Origin: an uncultured Clostridia bacterium | GTDB lineage: Bacteria; Bacillota; Clostridia; Christensenellales; Borkfalkiaceae | Assembly: GCA_947088135.1 (NCBI GenBank) | Contig: CAMUFJ010000007.1 | Coordinates: 2,870 to 66,869, forward strand | Reading direction: 5' to 3' | Length of the DNA stretch: 64,000 nt | Shown: one piece after another, positions 38,601 to 45,738 of the stretch | Position numbering within the stretch: the first letter of the stretch is position 1 | Layout: each line of letters opens with the position of its first letter | Program-made: the position numbers and the translations under genes | Notes under the pieces: model-generated | Told to the model about the DNA's origin: nothing | Seen by the model: only the letters and a program-made list of their open reading frames with translations | Database searches by the model: none

Positions 38601-40354
38601 GGCTTACCAACCTCACGATCGACGGCGTGCAGGTAAACGGCTTCAATACGGAAAAAATCACCTATAACCATCAGGTGGTAAGCACGACGGAAAAAATCGA
38701 AATCCGTGCGATTGCGGAGGAGGATTCGGCAACCGTAAAAATCAACGTCGGTGTCGAGATTGCAAAGGGCGCAGGCGACGCGACGGCTAGTTATACCTTT
38801 ACGGCGGCGGCGGGCGAGCGCGATTCCGTTACATTTACGATTTCGGTAGAGATCGATGGCGAGGCAAAAACGTATACCGTTGTCGTGGTGCGCGCATCAC
38901 AAAGCCCTCATCTTGTTTCGCTGTATGTCGGTAACTATAAAATTACCGATGTAAAAGGAAATATCATCGGGAACGAAGATGCCACCGCACTTGCGCCTGC
39001 GCCGCAAACATTTTATGTAAATATTGACATCAATTTCGGAACGGTAATTGAAATTTCTGCAAAGGCGAGCGATGAGCTTGCAGAGATGAAAATCGGAAAA
39101 AATATTGAAATGTTCATCGGTACGTTTACGGTTCAGGAGGATTTGACCTCCCAGCTTGAAAATAGCGCCACAGCAAGCGTACGTCTAACCATCAGACCTG
39201 CGGGTTCGGTCGGTATAGAGGCGAGCTACGACATTCACTTCACTGTGCTCACGAGCGACACCTCTGCGACGATCAATATTTTTAAAGATTCGAACGGCAC
39301 TGACCCGCTCGCCGACTTTAATAACGAGTACGTCGTGAATGCGGATCTGCCCGTTTACGGACCTTATACCGTGGATCAAGCGAGCCTGAATTTCCAAATC
39401 AACCTTGCCGACTTGGGCGGTGCGAAGGGAACTTATCAGGTGCGCCGCCGCAATAACAAGAACGAGGACGTGCTCATGGTCGATAACGGCACGGCGGTGG
39501 ACGGAGGCGTGCGCCTTGCCTACGGCACGAACATCTTCTGCGTAAAAATCACTTCGAGCGATAAGAAAGCCGAGCGTACGGTCGTCATCGTTATGGAACG
39601 AGGCGGCGTAGGCGCGAAATCGATCGAGGTAAAGGGGAGCGAGGACTTCCGCTTTGACGCGGGCGCAACGAGCTTCATCTGCTCGGTCGGAAACGGCGTG
39701 ACTTCGCTCAAAGACCAAATTTCCGTTACGCTCAACAACGACGACCTCGAATATAAAATCGTCGGTGCGGACGGCGAGCTCCCCGAGGGCGGATTTGCGC
39801 AAATCAAGGTGGAAATTTACGCCAAGAGCGCGGGGGCTTCGGCAACAGCCGACGCCGACCCGTTAAAGACGATCTACATCGACGTATTCCGTCAGGGCGC
39901 ACTCGTGACGGTTGCGGAACAGACGCCCTTGTGGCAGATCATTCTTTTCTGGGCGCTCGTCGGACTTGTGGTCATCGAGCTTATCATTATCATTGCGATC
40001 CCCAAGCGCAAGAAGAACGCACAGCAGGTTGTGGTTGCGGCGGCTCCTATGGCGTACGCGCCCGTGCAGCCCGTGCAAACGGTACAGCCCGTTCAGCCTC
40101 AAGCTCCTCAGACTCCCGCAGCGCCTCCTCCCACGGCTCCCGCGCCTCCTCCCGCGCCTGCTCCCAGACCCGCCGAACCTTCCCGCTCGGCGAATGCGAA
40201 GCCCTTCGTCAGCCCCGATAACAGCGGTTATTACGGCAACAACGGCGGATATTACGGGAACGGCGGTAACAGCGGTTACGGCGGTTACGGAAACGGCAGC
40301 TACGGCGGCGGTTACGGCGGTTACGGCAATAACGACGATAACGATAAGTATTAA
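35681..40354 (+). CDS. 1,557-aa membrane-anchored scaffold-like protein. It has a signal peptide, a cohesin-like domain, about ten cadherin-like beta-sandwich repeats, a single TM helix, and a Pro-rich then Gly/Tyr/Asn-rich tail.
   Basis: GTG start 7 nt after AAGGAG. The cohesin-like pattern is VVPGDTFKLTVTVTS...ALDFMVSP...VFEFDIVVAENAPGGTSIQFGIE. Repeats of the form L(T/S)(V/I)...YT(F/V/I) recur. The TM is LWQIILFWALVGLVVIELIIIIAIP followed by KRKK. The tail reads PVQPVQ...APPPTAPAPPPAPAP and then GYYGNNGGYYGNGGNSGYGGYGNGSYGGGYGGYGNN. Confidence 0.85.
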   Translation: MKKAIKHISLAIVSVVFFLCVVVFGANIVFTNKTEKAFAVNPNTTVTLSADKTRVVPGDTFKLTVTVTSTIPNGTWSALDFMVSPLQANGEFDATMCPYLSSPSHTTNMTTYTDSSADYFGVNPNEEVPGLRISLAWKSGNEISVSTACVFEFDIVVAENAPGGTSIQFGIEKYDTNFVDYNDMEIEVTADTDEFACNTVTVTVDAPSSDATMKGLTVGSGSATSGVAVAEQMQWKNPAENLQNFRVKVDANDSNATYQVSVGSGTATAGSFPADKTTGALKSGQESGNLNLMQNNNTTGIAKVFIRIIAPDKVATKEYCLTVTSNYVRIRMLTVTPQRPGGAAAVPKNGLDGAFSGTKYSYTVFVPSDVTDSAGVQFVPQIPGGYGISEDIAVTDVANCTASSSVKNGATLLVTNVKNNATLKLTATAASGDTQTYTFTFKTVNIDTSIASFTMTGKNDGATYNSDSTKASADYYFSLPSPTGFQGTFHIQAAQTTSKVTVNGAAYNASTQYGAGTYTVRVTAEAGNTEDYSVTVENKFDAAKFESISLSIGGGSYEDILASGADGKWEGLETSSAVYTREVPVSANTEFKIKGTVSAGASVTVGGGLSEPTAGQEQVLTGSLKHGKNEFRVSLSTDEGTKVYTFVINVLEKKNTITGITLTYNGKAIDGFAFNQNTKEYNIIVPYSTANAQLAVTTDGTYTRVFADNGDQFKSDSAKREHTSNFLFTLPNPDATVNTVKFHAVSDMNLSGLSEAGDWYTITVTRSAANKDVSLNKLTITIGTKEYEISLKDGQFTYPLELTDETLDSASVSITAIPNASTSTVSGDTSSDLKFESSKGINSFNVTVTSEDGVTKQTYTIAVSRNEITLNKDISIKNVTILGNDTVQYYNGAPSIGNVVEISVPFGVTRVNITAMPGYSGASIKGDGAVELADTAGVAKEIKVYAVAEDGVTNQDGASAYIFKITRQEQRKSGLTNLTIDGVQVNGFNTEKITYNHQVVSTTEKIEIRAIAEEDSATVKINVGVEIAKGAGDATASYTFTAAAGERDSVTFTISVEIDGEAKTYTVVVVRASQSPHLVSLYVGNYKITDVKGNIIGNEDATALAPAPQTFYVNIDINFGTVIEISAKASDELAEMKIGKNIEMFIGTFTVQEDLTSQLENSATASVRLTIRPAGSVGIEASYDIHFTVLTSDTSATINIFKDSNGTDPLADFNNEYVVNADLPVYGPYTVDQASLNFQINLADLGGAKGTYQVRRRNNKNEDVLMVDNGTAVDGGVRLAYGTNIFCVKITSSDKKAERTVVIVMERGGVGAKSIEVKGSEDFRFDAGATSFICSVGNGVTSLKDQISVTLNNDDLEYKIVGADGELPEGGFAQIKVEIYAKSAGASATADADPLKTIYIDVFRQGALVTVAEQTPLWQIILFWALVGLVVIELIIIIAIPKRKKNAQQVVVAAAPMAYAPVQPVQTVQPVQPQAPQTPAAPPPTAPAPPPAPAPRPAEPSRSANAKPFVSPDNSGYYGNNGGYYGNGGNSGYGGYGNGSYGGGYGGYGNNDDNDKY

Positions 40355-40361
40355 AATCTTT

Positions 40362-40387
40362 CCCCCGCACAAAAGTGCGGGGGTTTT
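40362..40387 (+). terminator. Strong intrinsic terminator ending the surface-protein operon
   Basis: CCCCCGCAC-aaaa-GTGCGGGGG followed by TTTT. Confidence 0.85.
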
Positions 40388-40592
40388 GCTTTGCCGTGTT
40401 GTTTTATTTTGTTTTTTCGGTCTTATCTTTTCTGCATTATTCTCAATACGTAAACGCGCGTGAGAATTTATAAGATGACGGTTGACGCGCGACAGCGGAA
40501 AGGACGGGAAATGAGGTGAGCCATGCGAGGGAAAAATATTGCGCAATTCTTTAATAAAAAATAAAATACTGCAAAAATTTTTAAAACAGCTA

Positions 40593-40621
40593 TTGCATTT
40601 TGAAGACGAATGTGCTATAAT
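40593..40621 (+). promoter_or_regulatory. Sigma-A-type promoter of the GH51 gene pair
   Basis: TTGCAT-17 nt-TATAAT. It overlaps the track ATG at 40610, which rules that start out. Confidence 0.65.
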
Positions 40622-40631
40622 CATTACAAGT

Positions 40632-40652
40632 TTCGTGAGAAATTATCACGAA
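40632..40652. promoter_or_regulatory. Inverted repeat TTCGTGA-(7 nt)-TCACGAA just downstream of the -10 box (candidate repressor operator)
   Basis: Direct reading. The position is about +10 to +30 relative to the predicted transcription start. Confidence 0.35.
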
Positions 40653-40684
40653 TTCGGAAAAAATCATATTCTCGGGGGGATGTT

Positions 40685-43057
40685 ATGAAAAAAAGGATTT
40701 GGGCAACTTGTCTTGCGAGCCTGTTATGCGTATCGGCGGGGCTCGGGCTTGCCGCGTGCGGGAACGGGAATCAGAATACGGATAACCCGCCCGTAGTCGA
40801 AGAAAAACCCGACGAAAACGCGCCTGCGCATGCAAGCGCGGACGCGACGCTCACGCTGACGGGCTCGATCGACAAGACGACGGCGCGCAAGCAGATTTCC
40901 GCTGATTTATTCGGATTGTTCCTCGAAGATATCAATTACGCTTCGCAGGCGCTCGACGATAACATGATCGCGAACGGCTCTTTCGAGAATAGCGAAAAAG
41001 AGGGCAAGAGCGTGCGCTGGCGCGTTTCGAACGGCACGTCGCTCACGGTATCCGTAGAGGACGGAGTGCTGAAAAGCAAGCCCGAATTCGGGGACACCAA
41101 TCCCGACTATGCGGAGCTCACTCTGCCCGCGAACGGCTACGTGGATAACTTGGGTTTTGCCGCCGCGCCCGTCGCGGTAAAGGCGGGCGTCGAATACGTG
41201 TTTTCCGCTTTTTTGAAAACGGGGAGCTACGCGGGCACGCTTAAAGCGGAAGTGACGGACGGCACGAAAACGTATGCAGAAACAGAGCTCTCGCTGTCGG
41301 CTTCCAACGAGTGGGTGAAATATCAGTCCACCTTCAAGGCGACGGAAACGGCTTCCCAAAATCTTTTCGTGCGCCTCACGTTCGGGAGCGCGGGCAAGGT
41401 GCTTTTGGACTGCGCGAAGCTGGAAACCGCCGATTCGACGATCGGGATTAAAAACTATTTATATAACGCGATCAAGGATCTGTCGCCCGCATTCTTCCGC
41501 TTCCCCGGCGGGTGCATTATCGAGGGCGTGGACGATCGGAGCGCGTACGATTGGAAAAACTCCATCGGGGCGGTGAAGGGGGCTACCTCCGATACCGTTC
41601 CCGCGTTTACCTATACGCTCAACGACGACGGCGCGGTTTCCGAAGTGACGACCTACGGCGAACAGGCGACCCGCACTTACAATACCGACATTTGGTATCG
41701 CAACGGGCTTTCGGGCGGATCGTACTATCAAATGGAATACGGCATCGGCTTTTACGAGTATTTTTTGTTGTGCGAATCGCTCGGCGCAAAGGCGATCCCC
41801 ATTGTGAGCTGCGGTATGAGCTGTCAGACGCAATCGAACGGTACGGCGCTCAAAGGGCGGCACGGCAAAGGCGTTGCCGACTTCATTCAAGACGCGAAGG
41901 ATTTGATCGCCTTTGCCAAAGGGAGCGTGAACTCTTCCGATGCGAACGAAAAATATTGGGCGCAGGTGCGCACGAATATGGGACATCCCGAGCCCTTCGA
42001 TATGGATTATATCGGCATCGGGAACGAGCAGTGGGGCGATTATTTTGCCCGCTATTACGAAAAGTTTTTGGACGATTTCATGTTGGAGGAAAATCCTCTG
42101 TACCGCAGCGTTACGCCTATCGTCGGGAACTGCACCATGTTCGATCACTGCGAACTGCCCGTCTCGAACAGAAAGGGGGTCGCGCAGACTGCGGCGGAAA
42201 GCTATTTGCGAAAGAGCAATAGCATGGTCACTTCCGTTTCCGAGTACGGCGTACACGATCAGCACTACTACATGAACTACACCGACTTTTTGGCGAACGC
42301 CTATCTCTACGACGATTACAAGCGTCCCGATACCGATCCCGACACTTATTACGACGTGTTCGTGGGCGAATATTCCGCGAACTCTACGGCGGTGCGCTCG
42401 CCCTCCGCGAACGACAGATATTTGTTCCAATATAAGGAAAACAGCTGGATCACCGCGCTCTCCGAAGCGGCGATGATGACGGGCTTCGAGCGCAACGGCG
42501 ACATTGTAAAGCTCGCCGCCTATGCGCCCATGTTCGGCAATCTTATCGACCCCGGCGACGCGAAGGCAAAAATGCACTGGTCGGTGAACATGATGTTCTT
42601 CAACAATACCGACGTCATACTCACGCCCAACTACTACGTGCAGCAGCTCTTCATGCAGAATGCGGGCGATCATAAAGTGGACGCGCGCATGACTTTTGCT
42701 TCGGGCGAGCCCTATAAGACGACCTACAAGGCGACGGGCGGAGCCGACCGCGAGCTTGACGACGTTTATTTCGTCGTCAGTGCGGACGAGGAAACGAAGG
42801 ACGTGATCGTGAAGGTCGTCAATGCGGGCGCAAACGAAATTAAGCTGAATATCGACGTTCAGATGACGGGCGTCACGCTCGGGGGAACGGCAAAGCGCAC
42901 CGTTTTGCAAGGCTTTACCAAAGATGACGTGAACACGTTGCAAGAGAGCGCGGTTTTGCCCTATTCCAACATTTTGGGCGGATTCACGGACGGAAACAAG
43001 ATCGGCGTTACGCTCGGAAGCTATTCCGTTACCGCACTTCGCATTCGCACGAAATAA
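40685..43057 (+). CDS. Lipoprotein alpha-L-arabinofuranosidase-like glycoside hydrolase (GH51-like) with an N-terminal CBM-like beta-sandwich
   Basis: ATG follows GGGGGGA. The lipobox is GLAAC. Motifs include NGSFE, FRFPGGC, YDWKNSIG, IGIGNEQWG (acid/base Glu), HDQHYYM, VGEYSA (nucleophile Glu) and AAYAPMF, as in GH51 enzymes. Confidence 0.8.
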   Translation: MKKRIWATCLASLLCVSAGLGLAACGNGNQNTDNPPVVEEKPDENAPAHASADATLTLTGSIDKTTARKQISADLFGLFLEDINYASQALDDNMIANGSFENSEKEGKSVRWRVSNGTSLTVSVEDGVLKSKPEFGDTNPDYAELTLPANGYVDNLGFAAAPVAVKAGVEYVFSAFLKTGSYAGTLKAEVTDGTKTYAETELSLSASNEWVKYQSTFKATETASQNLFVRLTFGSAGKVLLDCAKLETADSTIGIKNYLYNAIKDLSPAFFRFPGGCIIEGVDDRSAYDWKNSIGAVKGATSDTVPAFTYTLNDDGAVSEVTTYGEQATRTYNTDIWYRNGLSGGSYYQMEYGIGFYEYFLLCESLGAKAIPIVSCGMSCQTQSNGTALKGRHGKGVADFIQDAKDLIAFAKGSVNSSDANEKYWAQVRTNMGHPEPFDMDYIGIGNEQWGDYFARYYEKFLDDFMLEENPLYRSVTPIVGNCTMFDHCELPVSNRKGVAQTAAESYLRKSNSMVTSVSEYGVHDQHYYMNYTDFLANAYLYDDYKRPDTDPDTYYDVFVGEYSANSTAVRSPSANDRYLFQYKENSWITALSEAAMMTGFERNGDIVKLAAYAPMFGNLIDPGDAKAKMHWSVNMMFFNNTDVILTPNYYVQQLFMQNAGDHKVDARMTFASGEPYKTTYKATGGADRELDDVYFVVSADEETKDVIVKVVNAGANEIKLNIDVQMTGVTLGGTAKRTVLQGFTKDDVNTLQESAVLPYSNILGGFTDGNKIGVTLGSYSVTALRIRTK

Positions 43058-43075
43058 ATCGGGGAGAAATGAAAC

Positions 43076-45391
43076 ATGAAAAAAATTTATTCCGTTTTGC
43101 TTGCGGGCGCGATTTCCGCAGGCGCAATTTGCGGCACGGTCGCGTGCGGGGAAAACGAACAGCCTAACGGGCCCGAGGAGCCCGTCGTGTTCGACGAGCG
43201 CGCGCCCGCTTATTCCGATCCCTCCGTCACGCTTTCCGTGAGCGGAGCGGTAGACCGCATGAACGAGGAACGTAAAATTTCAAAGAGTCTGTTCGGCGCG
43301 TTTTTGGAGGACATCAACTATGCCTCGTACGCGATGGACGACAACATGGTTTGCAACGGTTCTTTCGAAAACAGGCGCGGCGACAAGAAATACGCTTGGA
43401 CGGCGAGCGGCGCAACCTTTTCGGTAGAGGATACCGAGGGGGTTCTTGGCAGTCTTTACGAAAAGTACAACGGAGAGAGGGTGAACCCCAATTATGCGAA
43501 GCTCGTGCTTCCCGCTTCGGGCGGAACGCTGAAAAACGCGGGCTTCCCCGCCGTGCCGTTTGCGGTGAAAGAGGGCGTCGATTATGCGTTTTCCGCCTTT
43601 GTCAAGACGGGAAGTTATCACGGCAACATGACCGTGCGCGTCAAGAGCGATAGCAAGGTGTATTTCGAAAAGACGGTCGCGCTTACGGCAAGCAACGAAT
43701 GGGTGAAATATTCCGCGTCCGCCCCCGCCGAAGAAACGGGCAGCGAGGGGCTGTATTTCGAGCTTGCGTTCGATTCTGCGGGCACGGTGCTTCTCGACGG
43801 TGTGGCATTCGAAACGACGGATTCCACCGTGGGCATCAAAAACTACGTCTACGAGGCGATCAAAGATCTGTCGCCCAAGTTTATCCGCTTCCCGGGCGGG
43901 TGCGTCATCGAGGGGACGAGCGACAGCGAAGCGTACGATTGGAAGAATTCGATCGGTGCGGTGGCGAAAACGGGGGGCGACGTCGTGCCCGCATTCACGT
44001 ATAAAGAGAGCGTAAACGGGGAAATATCGGAGGTAACGACCTACGGCGAGCCCGTTACGCGGGCGGCGAACACCGATATTTGGCGGAACGGTTATTATGA
44101 AATGGAATATGCCGTGGGTTTTTACGAGTATTTCCTGCTCTGCGAGAGCGTGGGGGCGAGCGCCGTTCCCGTGCTCAACTGCGGGTTGAGCTGTCAGGGC
44201 GGGCTTGCGCAGGGCGACCGCAGACCAAAGCCGCTTTCGGGGAGATTCGGAAACGGCGTTGCCGACTTCATTCAGGACGCGAAGGATCTGATCGAGTTTG
44301 CCAAGGGCGGAACGGACACCAAGTGGGGCAAGATCCGCGCCGATTTGGGGCATCCCGATCCGTTCGAAATGGACTATCTCGGCATCGGCAACGAGCAGTC
44401 GGGCATCTATTACACACAGTACTACGAAAAATTCTTGGAGGCGTTTGCGGAAGATCCCGACCCTCTTCTTAAAACGGTCAAGCTCATCGTGGGGAACGGG
44501 CCGCTGTTTTCGCAATGCCAGCACGGCGACAAACCGAACTCTATGGGGCTTGCGCAGAGGGCGGCGAACGTGTTCTACAATAAATCCGCCGTGATCGGCA
44601 AGATTGCCGACTACGGGGTGCACGACCAGCACTACTACATGAACTATACCGATTTCTTTACAAACACCACCATGTACGACGGCTACGCCCGCCCTGCGGA
44701 CAGCCCGAGCGAGTACTACGAGGTGTTCGTAGGGGAATATTCCGCGAACGAGGCGAAAAACAATTCGGGGAACGATTTCGGGTTCGACGGCAACGCTTGG
44801 CGCAACAGTTGGGTCACGGCGCTTTCCGAAGCGGCGATGATGACGGCTTACGAGCGAAACGGCGATATCATCAAACTTGCCGCTTACGCGCCCATGTTCG
44901 CGCCTTTGAAAGAGAGCGATCGGCAGTGGGCGGTGGATATGATGTATTTCACCAATACCGAGCTTCTCCGTACGACGAATTACTACGTTCAGCAGTTCTT
45001 TATGCAGAATCAGGGGGATTATAAGCTCAATTCTTCGATTAAGTTTACAGACGGCTTTTTAACGACTTGCTCGTTGAAGGGGGCGCGCGCGGAGCAGGAA
45101 ATCGACAAGCTTTACTACGTGACCTCGCGCACCGAGGGAGGCGACGTTCTCGTGAAGATCGTCAACGCAAGCGGAGAGGATATCCGCATGAACGTTGCGC
45201 TTTCCGACGCTGTTTTGCGCGGAAGCGCGAAGGTCACGGTGCTTTCGGGCGAGAGCTACAAGACGGTGAACACGCTTGAAAATACCGAGGTCGCGCCGAA
45301 AGAATATACGATCGGAGATTTTACGGAAAACACTTTGGGCTATACCGCTCCCGCTTACAGTGTGACCTGTATCCGGTTGTATACAAAATAA
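43076..45391 (+). CDS. Second GH51-like alpha-L-arabinofuranosidase lipoprotein (tandem paralogue)
   Basis: The lipobox is GTVAC and the motif set is the same (NGSFE, IRFPGGC, YDWKNSIG, LGIGNEQSG, HDQHYYM, VGEYSA, AAYAPMF). It is collinear with the upstream gene. Confidence 0.8.
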   Translation: MKKIYSVLLAGAISAGAICGTVACGENEQPNGPEEPVVFDERAPAYSDPSVTLSVSGAVDRMNEERKISKSLFGAFLEDINYASYAMDDNMVCNGSFENRRGDKKYAWTASGATFSVEDTEGVLGSLYEKYNGERVNPNYAKLVLPASGGTLKNAGFPAVPFAVKEGVDYAFSAFVKTGSYHGNMTVRVKSDSKVYFEKTVALTASNEWVKYSASAPAEETGSEGLYFELAFDSAGTVLLDGVAFETTDSTVGIKNYVYEAIKDLSPKFIRFPGGCVIEGTSDSEAYDWKNSIGAVAKTGGDVVPAFTYKESVNGEISEVTTYGEPVTRAANTDIWRNGYYEMEYAVGFYEYFLLCESVGASAVPVLNCGLSCQGGLAQGDRRPKPLSGRFGNGVADFIQDAKDLIEFAKGGTDTKWGKIRADLGHPDPFEMDYLGIGNEQSGIYYTQYYEKFLEAFAEDPDPLLKTVKLIVGNGPLFSQCQHGDKPNSMGLAQRAANVFYNKSAVIGKIADYGVHDQHYYMNYTDFFTNTTMYDGYARPADSPSEYYEVFVGEYSANEAKNNSGNDFGFDGNAWRNSWVTALSEAAMMTAYERNGDIIKLAAYAPMFAPLKESDRQWAVDMMYFTNTELLRTTNYYVQQFFMQNQGDYKLNSSIKFTDGFLTTCSLKGARAEQEIDKLYYVTSRTEGGDVLVKIVNASGEDIRMNVALSDAVLRGSAKVTVLSGESYKTVNTLENTEVAPKEYTIGDFTENTLGYTAPAYSVTCIRLYTK

Positions 45392-45425
45392 GCTATCACC
45401 ATTTCGGGGGGAATGTTGATTGAAG

Positions 45426-45454
45426 AGGACGGGTCTTTTACACCGTCCTTTTTC
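45426..45454 (+). terminator. Intrinsic terminator after the GH51 pair
   Basis: AGGACGG-(10 nt)-CCGTCCT followed by TTTTT. Confidence 0.6.
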
Positions 45455-45686
45455 TATTTTTCGCAAACTTTTCGTTCCGAAAAGATTTGCGAGCTTGTAA
45501 CCAAGACGTTATCTCCAAATCACAGGAGCGTTGAGCTGTTCTATCAAAAGTCATTCAGCCGCAGGTATGCGGCAAATGGGGTCCGCTTAGGCAAAGGCGC
45601 GGTTTTGCCACGCGCGCGTTATTGTAATTCTTACCTTCCCCTTGGCGGAACAAAGCTGCGCTTTCAAAGTCGGCGCGCCCAAACGG

Positions 45687-45715
45687 TTGACGGGGACGGC
45701 GAGAACGGTTATAAT
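45687..45715 (+). promoter_or_regulatory. Sigma-A-type promoter of the malic enzyme gene
   Basis: TTGACG-17 nt-TATAAT, 24 nt upstream of the ATG region with an AAAGGAG RBS. Confidence 0.65.
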
Positions 45716-45738
45716 GAAAAGGAACAAAAGGAGCGCAT

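Noticed and set aside
39863-40624. 253-aa minus-strand ORF, and plus-strand frames 39912..40463 and 39931..40221
   Set aside because: They are alternative-frame or antisense readings of the Pro-rich and Gly/Tyr-rich low-complexity coding DNA and of the terminator.
40610-40684. N-terminal extension of the first GH51 gene (track start 40610)
   Set aside because: The ATG at 40610 sits between the -35 and -10 boxes of the predicted promoter. ATG 40685 has a G-rich RBS and yields a proper lipoprotein signal peptide.
41459-42943. 494-aa antisense ORF in GH51 gene 1. The same applies to 43280..44632 in gene 2, 45760..46854 in the malic enzyme gene, 50819..51733 in mfd, 53207..54181 in the foldase gene, 54427..55152 in uppP and 37550..38671 in the scaffold gene.
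   Set aside because: Each lies opposite a gene with strong family motifs. These are typical long antisense frames of G+C-rich DNA.
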